Positions 28,242 to 37,044 of a stretch of DNA of 64,000 bases are shown piece after piece (positions within the stretch are counted from its first letter, which is position 1; the number at the start of each line of letters is the position of its first letter). Position numbers and translations under genes: made by a program. This DNA is from Gammaproteobacteria bacterium. Its GTDB lineage: Bacteria > Pseudomonadota > Gammaproteobacteria > Eutrophobiales > Eutrophobiaceae. The notes below the pieces were generated by a model that saw only the letters and a list, made by a program, of their open reading frames with translations, searched no databases and had not been told where the DNA came from. The stretch lies in NCBI GenBank assembly GCA_965221695.1, contig OZ244905.1, positions 2,189,384 to 2,253,383 on the forward strand, given 5' to 3'.

Positions 28242-29968
28242 CCCTGTCACTGCACGGTATGGGGGTTTCCAGGGGGATTGCCATAGGGCGCGCGCACATC
28301 ATTGAGCGCGGCCGGCTAGACATTCCAGAATACCATATTGCAACAGATCAGACAGAAATGGAAACCCGGCGTCTAGTTGACGCAGTATCCCTCGCCAAAC
28401 AGCAGTTGCGGGCAATCCGGGATCATATCCCTGCAGCCACTTCCCCGGATATTGCCCCCTTCATAGACACGCACTTGTTGATGCTTGATGATGCAGTCCT
28501 GACCCAAGAACCGTTGCGCCTGATCAGATCCGCTGGGCATAACGCAGAGTGGGCGCTGCAATTACAGCGTGACGCGTTGGCGCGTGTATTTGATGAAATG
28601 GAAGATCCTTATCTACGCACTCGCAAAAACGATATCGACCACGTGGTAAATCGAATTCAGAGGATACTGCTGAAACAAAAACCGTTGCGCCACGAAGAAC
28701 CTGACAACCGCATGGGCGGGTATGTGTTGATCGCCGATGACCTGACGCCCGCCGATACAGTGCTGATGCAACATCACGGCATTCTCGCATTTGTGACGGA
28801 ATTCGGCGGTCCGACATCCCATACCGCGATCCTGGCCAGAAGTCTGAACATTCCCGCCATCGTCGGCCTGCGTAACGGTGGGCGACTGGCTCGAGAAGAT
28901 GACATCGTCGTCGTAGATGGCAATGCCGGCGTTATGCTGATTGACCCGGATGAACGCGGCCTTCGGCATTACCGGAAGCGGCAACAGCAAGACAGGGAAT
29001 ACTACGCCGGGCTGATCCGGTTGAAAGAGGCGCCGGCGAAGACCCTGGACAAGGTCCTGATCCGATTACAGGCAAATGTCGAATTGCCTCAGGATTTTGA
29101 GATCGTCAGGCAGGTGGGAGCCAGCGGAATTGGATTGTACCGCACCGAATTCCTGTATATGAACAGGGAAGGCCCTCCTGAAGAGGAAGAACACTACGAG
29201 ACCTACCTGTCGGCGCTTGGCGCCGTGGAAGGATTACCGCTGACGATACGCACTGTGGACCTCGGCGCAGACAAACAGGTGGATGGCGGCAGGCAGGGAG
29301 GCGTCAATCAGGCGAATCCAGCCTTGGGATTGCGTGCAGTGCGATTGTGCCTGAAGGAGCCGGCCTTATTCCGACCGCAATTGCGCGCGATCCTGCGGGC
29401 CTCCGCCCACGGCAGGATCCGTTTGATGATCCCGATGCTTTCCAACATACAGGAAACCCGGCAAGTCCTGCAGATGATTGATGAGATCAAGACCGAGTTA
29501 CTCAACCAGGGCGAAGAGTTTGACGAGGCGATTCCTGTAGGCGCCATGATCGAAGTGCCGGCAGCCGCCATTTGCGCGGACATCTTTTCCGGGCAACTGG
29601 ATTTTCTGTCCATTGGCACGAACGACCTGATCCAGTACACCATCGCCATCGATCGCGTGGACGATGAAGTAAGTTATCTCTACGAACCCCTGCATCCGGC
29701 GGTGCTGCGGCTGATACGGATGACTATTGACGCCGGCGCCAAGGCGAACATCCCGGTCGCCATGTGTGGAGAAATGGCGGGGGATATCAAGTTTACCCAG
29801 TTGCTGCTTGGCCTGGGCTTGCGAGAGTTCAGTGTGCACCCGGCTTCTCTGCTGGAAGTTAAAAAAAATATTCTGGAGAGCAACTTGGCCACACTCGACA
29901 GCGTCGCAGAGCGCGCTTTACAGGCCAGCACAGCCGCAGACGTAGAAAAGCTACTGGAACAAATGTGA
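28238..29968 (+). CDS. ptsI: Phosphoenolpyruvate-protein phosphotransferase (enzyme I), PtsI-type without GAF domain
   Basis: The 576 aa product has the EI catalytic His region (TEFGGPTSHTAILARSLNIPAIVG) and a PEP-utilizer C-terminal domain. An ATGA overlap couples it to ptsO. Confidence 0.85.
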   Translation: MTLSLHGMGVSRGIAIGRAHIIERGRLDIPEYHIATDQTEMETRRLVDAVSLAKQQLRAIRDHIPAATSPDIAPFIDTHLLMLDDAVLTQEPLRLIRSAGHNAEWALQLQRDALARVFDEMEDPYLRTRKNDIDHVVNRIQRILLKQKPLRHEEPDNRMGGYVLIADDLTPADTVLMQHHGILAFVTEFGGPTSHTAILARSLNIPAIVGLRNGGRLAREDDIVVVDGNAGVMLIDPDERGLRHYRKRQQQDREYYAGLIRLKEAPAKTLDKVLIRLQANVELPQDFEIVRQVGASGIGLYRTEFLYMNREGPPEEEEHYETYLSALGAVEGLPLTIRTVDLGADKQVDGGRQGGVNQANPALGLRAVRLCLKEPALFRPQLRAILRASAHGRIRLMIPMLSNIQETRQVLQMIDEIKTELLNQGEEFDEAIPVGAMIEVPAAAICADIFSGQLDFLSIGTNDLIQYTIAIDRVDDEVSYLYEPLHPAVLRLIRMTIDAGAKANIPVAMCGEMAGDIKFTQLLLGLGLREFSVHPASLLEVKKNILESNLATLDSVAERALQASTAADVEKLLEQM

Positions 29969-29999
29969 GTTTAATCCGTCTGGTGTAATATCGGGAACC

Positions 30000-31334
30000 A
30001 TGCGAGAGTTAACCCAAGAAGAAGCGCTGTTTCAGTGTCTGGAGGAAGGAAATTTTGACCAAGTCAGGTCAATGCTGGAACCTTTCCATCCCTCCGAGAT
30101 AGCCGACCTGCTGGAGAGTCTGCCCGGGCGCCACCGGAAAACGCTTTGGGAACTCATTGATCCGGAAGTCGAAGGCGATGTGCTGACTGAGGTCCAGGAT
30201 GTGGTGCGTGCCGGTCTGCTGGAACGGATGCAGCCCCGGGAAGTGGCGGAGGTGACCCAGGGACTGGATACGGATGACGCCGCGGACATATTGCAGGACC
30301 TGCCTGAGGAATTGGTGGACAGCGTCCTGTTGTCCATGGATGCGCAGAACCGCGAACGGATCGCTTCGCTGCTATCCTACCCGGAAGATACCGCGGGCGG
30401 TCTGATGGATACGGATGTGGTATGGGTGCGCGCGGACGTGTCCCTGGATGTGGTCGCCCGTTATCTTCGGCAACTGGGCGAGCTCCCGGATCATACCGAT
30501 AGTCTGATTGTCGTGGATCGGGAAAACTGTTACCTGGGCGCGCTGCTGTTGGCGGATGTGCTGGTAAACAACTCGGAAGACAGTGTCGGCGAACACATGT
30601 CTGAAGCTGTCGGTATTCCCGCGGACATGCCGGCGGAAGACGTCGCTCGGCTGTTCGAGCAACGCGACCTGATCTCCGCGGCAGTGCTGGATGAAAACGG
30701 GAAATTGCTCGGCAGGATTACTGTTGATGACGTCCTGGATGTGATCCAGGAACAGGCGGAACAAACCATGCGCAACATGGCCGGCCTGGGCGAAGACGAC
30801 CTGTTTGCCTCGGTCCTGCTCAGCGCCCGCCGCCGCGCTGTCTGGTTGGGCATCAGCCTGCTCAGCGTGTTTCTCGCTGCCTGGGTGATCGGCCGTTTCG
30901 AGGCCACCATCCACGAGCTGGTGGCGCTGGCCATACTCATGCCCATCGTTGCCGGCATGGGCGGCAGCGCCGGCAGCCAGGCGCTGACCGTCTCGGTGCG
31001 CGGCCTGGCGCTGGGCCAGATTTCCAGGCAGAACGCCCGATCACTGATTGTCAAGGAATGCGCAGTCGGGTTATTCAACGGCGCGCTATGGGCCTTGGTG
31101 GTCGGATTGGTCGCCACATTCTGGTTCAGCAACCAGGGCCTGGGGCTGATCATAGGGCTGGCGATGATCATCAACCTGATCTGCGCGGCGCTGGCAGGCT
31201 CGATGATTCCGCTGGTGCTGAAAAAATTCGGGGTCGACCCGGCCATCGCCGGCGGGGTGATGCTGAGTACCGTGACCGACGTGGTAGGTTTCATGACCTT
31301 CCTGGGTCTGGCCACTATCTTTCTGTTGCCCTAA
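30000..31334 (+). CDS. mgtE: Magnesium transporter MgtE
   Basis: An N-terminal MgtE_N domain and tandem CBS domains are followed by a C-terminal TM domain (GGSAGSQALTVSVRGLALG). Confidence 0.9.
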   Translation: MRELTQEEALFQCLEEGNFDQVRSMLEPFHPSEIADLLESLPGRHRKTLWELIDPEVEGDVLTEVQDVVRAGLLERMQPREVAEVTQGLDTDDAADILQDLPEELVDSVLLSMDAQNRERIASLLSYPEDTAGGLMDTDVVWVRADVSLDVVARYLRQLGELPDHTDSLIVVDRENCYLGALLLADVLVNNSEDSVGEHMSEAVGIPADMPAEDVARLFEQRDLISAAVLDENGKLLGRITVDDVLDVIQEQAEQTMRNMAGLGEDDLFASVLLSARRRAVWLGISLLSVFLAAWVIGRFEATIHELVALAILMPIVAGMGGSAGSQALTVSVRGLALGQISRQNARSLIVKECAVGLFNGALWALVVGLVATFWFSNQGLGLIIGLAMIINLICAALAGSMIPLVLKKFGVDPAIAGGVMLSTVTDVVGFMTFLGLATIFLLP

Positions 31335-31451
31335 TCCTTTGTAAAAAATTCCGGGTATTGCTTTGTTGTGGGCAATCGTGGCAGTATTCATCGTGAATGC
31401 CTGTGATCAGGACCGCCTGCAGCGCGGTCCAAACAACCCTGGTGAACCCGA

Positions 31452-32372
31452 ATGAAACATATCCCACTCTCGCGGCGCCAATTCATCACCCATACCTGTG
31501 CCGCGCCCGTTGCGCTCGCTGTTATGCCCCGAATGTTGTCTGCGAACAGCGGTGACGTGATCAAGCGCGTTATCCCGTCCAGCGGCGAGGGACTCTCGAT
31601 CATGGGAATGGGCACTTACAGTACTTTTTCCGAGGCCACGCCGATGCAGCAGCTTGGCGAGGTGTTGCAGGTGTTTTTCGACCAGGGCGGTCAAATGATC
31701 GATTCGTCGCCGATGTACGGCCCGGCGGAGGGTATCGTCGGCGAACTGCTGAAAACCACGCAAAATACCACGGGGCTGTTTGCGGCCACAAAAGTCTGGA
31801 CCGACGGATGCCAAGCGGGCATCGACCAGATGAACGAGTCCATGGAGCTGATGGGGGCGCCGACCATGGACCTGATGCAGATCCACAACCTGCGCGACTG
31901 GAAAGTCCACCTCAAGACCCTGAAGGAGTGGAAGGAGCAGGGGCGCGTCCGTTACCTGGGCATTACCACCTCGCACGGCCGTTTTCACGAGGAACTGGAA
32001 GCCATTATGAAAACGGAGCCGCTGGATTTCGTCCAACTGACTTACAACGCCGCCAACAGGGCCACGGATGCGCGCTTGCTGCCGTTGGCCCGGGACAGGG
32101 GCATCGCCACGATCATCAATCGCCCCTACCAGGGGGGGAGCCTGTTCAGAAAGGTCAAGGGAAAACCCCTACCGGACTGGGCGGGTGAGATCGATTGCGC
32201 AAGCTGGGGGCAGTTCTTCCTCAAATTCATTGCCGGCCATCCGGCCGTGACCTGCATCATTCCGGCCACCTCCAAGGTCAAACACATGCGGGACAATATG
32301 GCCGCCGGCAAGGGCCGGACACCGGATGCGGCGCAACGCCGGCGCATGATCGACTATTTGGAGGCGTTGTAA
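31452..32372 (+). CDS. Aldo/keto reductase with twin-arginine (Tat) signal peptide
   Basis: The N-terminus reads SRRQFITHTCAAPVALAV. An AKR fold follows (RYLGITTSHGRF, INRPYQGGSL). Confidence 0.8.
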   Translation: MKHIPLSRRQFITHTCAAPVALAVMPRMLSANSGDVIKRVIPSSGEGLSIMGMGTYSTFSEATPMQQLGEVLQVFFDQGGQMIDSSPMYGPAEGIVGELLKTTQNTTGLFAATKVWTDGCQAGIDQMNESMELMGAPTMDLMQIHNLRDWKVHLKTLKEWKEQGRVRYLGITTSHGRFHEELEAIMKTEPLDFVQLTYNAANRATDARLLPLARDRGIATIINRPYQGGSLFRKVKGKPLPDWAGEIDCASWGQFFLKFIAGHPAVTCIIPATSKVKHMRDNMAAGKGRTPDAAQRRRMIDYLEAL

Positions 32373-32523
32373 TCCTTCAACCCGGCTGACCCTCGTGCGG
32401 TCTGGCGGCGGAAGGACTTTCCAAAATAAACGTGCTTGAAGCGCCGGATGCGGCGTTTCGGGCGCGATTCAGTGCCAGTAAAAACGAACAAATCATGTTT
32501 AATCAATATGTTACAATTTATTG

Positions 32524-32550
32524 TTGACAATATTTCTCATGTTGTAGTAT
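32524..32550 (+). promoter_or_regulatory. Sigma-70-like promoter candidate upstream of the autotransporter gene
   Basis: TTGACA at 32524-32529 is followed by a 15 nt spacer and TAGTAT at 32545-32550. It lies within an AT-rich 200 bp leader. Confidence 0.35.
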
Positions 32551-32587
32551 GCTTATATGACTATCATTGGCGTGGTGTGTGTAAATT

Positions 32588-35500
32588 ATGTTGCCAAAAG
32601 CGCTTTCCTCGAAAAGTGTGGCGACTCGGTTTTCGGCTAAGAGCAGCCATACCGAGCGCAACGCCGGACAGACTGAAGGCCCGATGCCGCATCAGGCAGC
32701 GTTGGCGCCGTTGGGTCAACGGCACGAATCTTTCAATCGCTGCCGGAATGCGGGCTTTCAAATCGAGTACGCGCGCGGTTCGTCTCGGCGCGGGATCAAG
32801 CGCCTCCTGATTCTTGTGATTTGCCTGGCAGTCGGTCTGCCGTCACCGGCGCGGGCGGCGGCGCCGGTAGTGGCTGATGCTATCGCGGACCAGACGCTGG
32901 CCCAGGGCGCCAGCATGGCGGTGGATATTTCCTCGGTGTTCAACGACCCGGACGGCGACACGCTGACTTATACGGTGTCTACGAGCGCGGCAAACACGGC
33001 CAAGGTGTCGCTGTCGGGGACGACGTTGACAGTGGAGGCGCAGGGTGTCACGGCGACGGCGACCGTGACGGTGGCGGCGGCGGATCCGGGCGGGCAGTCG
33101 GTTTCGGATTCGTTCAACGTCACGGTCGTCCGCAGAACCCGGACAACTGCGCCGTCGAATGTGCGCCTCACGGCCGGTGATGACCTGCCCCAACTCACGG
33201 TATCCTGGGACTGGGTTGACGACACCGGCGGGATATGCCTGCTCACCGGAAGCCGATCGGCTTTCGAGGTTGAGTACAAGAAATCGACGGAACCGGAATT
33301 TCTGCAAGCCTATAGAGGGCTTCAGAACAACGCTGATCGTGGCACGTTCGAGCTGTGGGGCAACGGCGCGCTGAGACAGTTCGTCATCAAGGAGGGAGCC
33401 ATAGGAAACAGGAGCGAGCAGACCGGGGTCGCGCTAGACCGCGTCTTATACGATGTTCGGGTTCAGGCCTATAGCGAGCCTTGTGAAAACGGCCGGTTAC
33501 TCGAACCCAATAGTGTCTATAGCGAAACGGTAAGCGCGACACTCAACCGTGCGCCGGCGGTGGCCAACGGCATCGCCGATCAGACGGTGAGCATGGGGTC
33601 GGCGGTGACGGTGGAGTTGGAAGCGACCGGCAGCGACGTGTTTGCGGATGCCGATGGCGATGCGCTGTCATATGAAGCAAGTTCGGACGACCTGTCGAAG
33701 GTGACTGTGTCGCTGTCGGGCTCAACCGTGACCTTGACGGGGGTTACGGTGGGGACCGCGACGGTGACGGTGACGGCTGCCGACGGTAAGGACGGCCAGG
33801 TCTCCGACGAGTTTACCGTCACGGTGACGCCACCCCCACCGTTGCCAAACAGGCTGCCGTTCCTGCTCACACCGGTCGGCGATCAGACGCTGGAGGTGAA
33901 TGAGAGTCGGACACTGGCGTTTTCGGATATATTTGACGATCCGGACCAGGATGTGCTGATCTACTCGGCGGCAACAGATGAATCCTCTGTTGTCGCAGTG
34001 AGTATGGACGATGCGGCAGCTCGCTTGACCTTGACCGGTATGTCGGTTGGCGCGGCAGATGTGACTGTGACCGCGTCTGACGGGCGCGGTGGCACGGCAA
34101 GCGACCAGTTCACGGTAACGGTAGAGCAGCCGAACGAGACGCCGACCGAGACGCCGAAAGAGGCGTTGAATCATGCGCCGGAAGTGGCGGCGCCGCTGTC
34201 TGACCAGACACTTGACGTGGCGCAGACCCGGCAGCTTGATCTGAGCGCTGTGTTCACCGATGCGGACGGTGATGAGTTGACATGTACGGTTGAGTCCGCC
34301 GATACCTCCGTTGTCACGGTGGCGTTGGCAGGCGCTACCCTGACACTGTCCGGCGCGTCAGCCGGCGCAACGGCTGTGACGGTGACCGCGTCTGACGGAC
34401 ATGGGGCCACGGCGGATGACACCTTCAGAGTGACGGTGGTGGCGTTGAATCATGCGCCGGCAGTGGCGACGCCGTTGTCTGACCAGGCGCTTGAGTTAGC
34501 GCAGACCCGGCAGGTTGATATTAGCGCCGCGTTCACCGATGCGGATGATGATGCGTTGAACTATACAGCTACGTTGGGTGATGAGTCTATCGCCACCGCG
34601 ACGCTGGTGAATGCCGCCCTGACCCTGACCGGCGCCGGAGTCGGAGAGACAATGGTGACCGTGACCGCAACCGATGGAACAGGCGGCGCAGCAAGCGATG
34701 ACTTCATGTTGGTCGTCACCGCGCCGGCTATTGCGATTGATACCCCGCAGGTGGCCGGGGTACATGAGGCGTTGCTGCCGCAGCTTACATTGGCCATCGC
34801 CGGTCGCACGACACAAGCGCTTGGCGACCGCATCCGATCGGCGCGCGCCGCCGCATATTCTGGACCTGCCAACGCATCGGCGCGCGGAAGCGCGACTGAT
34901 TCACGGCCGGCCGAACCTGAGCTGTTGTCGATTAATTCAGCATTTTCGTCATTGCCCGACAGCGTTGCGCCAGGGCGCGACCCGCGGACTTTCACGCTGC
35001 CGTTGATAGGCCTGATGCCAGGAGCTGGCCAGGCTGGCGGAGAGGTTTTGTTGTCTGCGGCTGGCGTGCAGTTGGTACAGGCAGATGCTGCGCTCGGGCG
35101 CGCCCCGGGGACTGTTATGCTGCCGTTGTTGCGCGTGATGCAGGAGCCTGGCCAGGTTGGCGCAAAAGGTTTGCAGCCGGCGCCCGGCCGGCAGTTGCTC
35201 GCTGCAGCAGAGCAAGACGGCATTGGATATGCTTCGCTGCCGGTTGCCGGCTTTGAGGTCTTCGATGCGCCGCGCGGCTGGGACGCCCAGCAGTTGCTGA
35301 CGCTACGGCAGTTGCTGAGACGGGGTCTGAATGATCTGTCGTTTGCGTTGCCGCTGAGTAGCCTGGCCGGGTCGGAGGGCGGCTCCGTGGGGCAGACGTT
35401 GACCCTGTGGGGTGAAGGCGGGTACACCGACTTGTCGGCTCGGGGCGACCGTTTGGTGGACTGGGACGGCGAGATGGCAAGCGCGCACCTGGGGATAGAC

Positions 35501-36529
35501 GGATGGTTGCGCGAGGGACTGTTGCTGGGAGCAGCGTTGTCGAGGACGGAGGGCTGGTTTGACTATGTTGACCGGAGCGCCGGCGGCCGGCCACTCGCGG
35601 GCGAGTACGAGATCAGTCTGACAGGTGTTCACCCCTATGCGGACTGGGCGGTCGCGGACGGACTGAATGCCTGGGGGGCATTGAGTTATGGGCTGGGGGA
35701 CGTGACCCTGAAGGTGGATGAGGAAGAGTACCGGGAGGAGAAGGATGTGGACTTGTATGGGTTCTCAGCGGGGATGGTCGGTTCTTTGTATCGCGGGGAC
35801 GCATGGTCGACCGCGGTAAAGGCGGAGGTCACGTACGCAGGGTTGTCTGTAGAAGAATTTTCGGATGCGGAGGTATACCGCCTGCGCGCGATTCTGGAAG
35901 GCGTTCACCGCGTGCGCGGCGCCGCGGGTGAATTTGAACAGTTTGTTGAGTTGGGGGCGCGGGTAGACGGTGGCGATGTGGTATCCGGGGCGGGGCTGGA
36001 TGTTGCCGGCGGCCTGGGCTGGTCAAACGAGACCGGATGGCGTGTGCAGTTACGCGGGTCCGGGCTGGTGGCGAATGAGGATTACCGGGAATGGCAGGTA
36101 GGCGGAATGTTGGAGAAAACATACCGTGCGGACGGAACGGGGTGGATGTTGAAGTTGAGTCCGAATTACCGGCCGGCGAGGAGTTTTGGCGGTATGGAGG
36201 AGGGTACGCGGCGGTTATGGGAGGCAAACGTGGCGGGGTTGGCGCGTGACGCGAACGGCGACGAACTGGGCGGTTACCGCTTGAGCGCCGAGGCGGAGTT
36301 GGGGTATGGGCTGATTGTCGGGAACCAGTTGTGGACCTTGTACACCCAGGGCACGGGCCTGGGCGAGGGGGCAGGTCGTTTTGCGGTGGGCGCGGAGACG
36401 ACCGGCCGGCTGGGAGAAGAGACGTTGTTGAAGGTGGGTTTTGAGGGGGCGCGCGAGTCGTCCAAGCATCTGTCAGCAGAGCACATGCTGTGGATGTACC
36501 TGGAGCTGGGTTATTGGGGATATTGGTAG
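32588..36529 (+). CDS. Autotransporter-like outer membrane adhesin with cadherin-like (putative Ig) passenger repeats
   Basis: The 1313 aa product has five repeats of about 100 aa (ADQTL...FxDPDGDxLxY...LTV...ATVTVTAxDGxGG) and one FN3-like insert. The C-terminal roughly 300 aa are beta-strand-rich and end in an aromatic terminus (LELGYWGYW). The long N-terminal leader may be an extended signal peptide. An alternative start lies at 32684. Confidence 0.75.
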   Translation: MLPKALSSKSVATRFSAKSSHTERNAGQTEGPMPHQAALAPLGQRHESFNRCRNAGFQIEYARGSSRRGIKRLLILVICLAVGLPSPARAAAPVVADAIADQTLAQGASMAVDISSVFNDPDGDTLTYTVSTSAANTAKVSLSGTTLTVEAQGVTATATVTVAAADPGGQSVSDSFNVTVVRRTRTTAPSNVRLTAGDDLPQLTVSWDWVDDTGGICLLTGSRSAFEVEYKKSTEPEFLQAYRGLQNNADRGTFELWGNGALRQFVIKEGAIGNRSEQTGVALDRVLYDVRVQAYSEPCENGRLLEPNSVYSETVSATLNRAPAVANGIADQTVSMGSAVTVELEATGSDVFADADGDALSYEASSDDLSKVTVSLSGSTVTLTGVTVGTATVTVTAADGKDGQVSDEFTVTVTPPPPLPNRLPFLLTPVGDQTLEVNESRTLAFSDIFDDPDQDVLIYSAATDESSVVAVSMDDAAARLTLTGMSVGAADVTVTASDGRGGTASDQFTVTVEQPNETPTETPKEALNHAPEVAAPLSDQTLDVAQTRQLDLSAVFTDADGDELTCTVESADTSVVTVALAGATLTLSGASAGATAVTVTASDGHGATADDTFRVTVVALNHAPAVATPLSDQALELAQTRQVDISAAFTDADDDALNYTATLGDESIATATLVNAALTLTGAGVGETMVTVTATDGTGGAASDDFMLVVTAPAIAIDTPQVAGVHEALLPQLTLAIAGRTTQALGDRIRSARAAAYSGPANASARGSATDSRPAEPELLSINSAFSSLPDSVAPGRDPRTFTLPLIGLMPGAGQAGGEVLLSAAGVQLVQADAALGRAPGTVMLPLLRVMQEPGQVGAKGLQPAPGRQLLAAAEQDGIGYASLPVAGFEVFDAPRGWDAQQLLTLRQLLRRGLNDLSFALPLSSLAGSEGGSVGQTLTLWGEGGYTDLSARGDRLVDWDGEMASAHLGIDGWLREGLLLGAALSRTEGWFDYVDRSAGGRPLAGEYEISLTGVHPYADWAVADGLNAWGALSYGLGDVTLKVDEEEYREEKDVDLYGFSAGMVGSLYRGDAWSTAVKAEVTYAGLSVEEFSDAEVYRLRAILEGVHRVRGAAGEFEQFVELGARVDGGDVVSGAGLDVAGGLGWSNETGWRVQLRGSGLVANEDYREWQVGGMLEKTYRADGTGWMLKLSPNYRPARSFGGMEEGTRRLWEANVAGLARDANGDELGGYRLSAEAELGYGLIVGNQLWTLYTQGTGLGEGAGRFAVGAETTGRLGEETLLKVGFEGARESSKHLSAEHMLWMYLELGYWGYW

Positions 36530-36552
36530 AAGCCGGCTGCTGAAGAGACCGC

Positions 36553-36897
36553 TCACCAACTGAACAAGACCCACTGCGGGACCACAAAATCATCGTAGAT
36601 TTCGCTCATCCGCGTTTCCATCTGACCGTCACCGTCACGATCCACCAGGTAATACGCAGGGCCTGCTGCAGGCGTGATTTTGGTCATGTAAAGCCGCCCA
36701 TCAAGGCGGTACTCTTCAATGATAGCGTCATCCTTACGGATGATGGTCACCTGCGGTTCGATTGCCTGGCCGCTCTTTAACGGGTCCGGTATGGTCGGTG
36801 GTTCAGGCACCGGCGCAAGATCCTCTTCCGTATACTCCTCTTGGGCAGAAACGGCGATCAAGCTCGCGCAGAATAATAAAGAGATAAGATATTTCAT
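36553..36897 (-). CDS. DUF2782-like small secreted protein (typical polA neighbour)
   Basis: The 114 aa product has a signal peptide (MKYLISLLFCASLIAVSA). The gene diverges from polA. Confidence 0.65.
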   Translation of the reverse strand: MKYLISLLFCASLIAVSAQEEYTEEDLAPVPEPPTIPDPLKSGQAIEPQVTIIRKDDAIIEEYRLDGRLYMTKITPAAGPAYYLVDRDGDGQMETRMSEIYDDFVVPQWVLFSW

Positions 36898-37044
36898 CGG
36901 TAGTATTCGTTTTGTTCCCTCAAATCATAGCCCAAGATGAAAAAAAGTACAGCGAATATTGGCAAGGTTCAATCTGTGTTTCATAATATGGCTTGAAGGA
37001 ACCGCTGACCCTGTCAGGGTTTTCCGATATTATTTTGCTCGCCT

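Noticed and set aside
30530-31315. 261 aa minus-strand ORF
   Set aside because: It lies antisense to mgtE.
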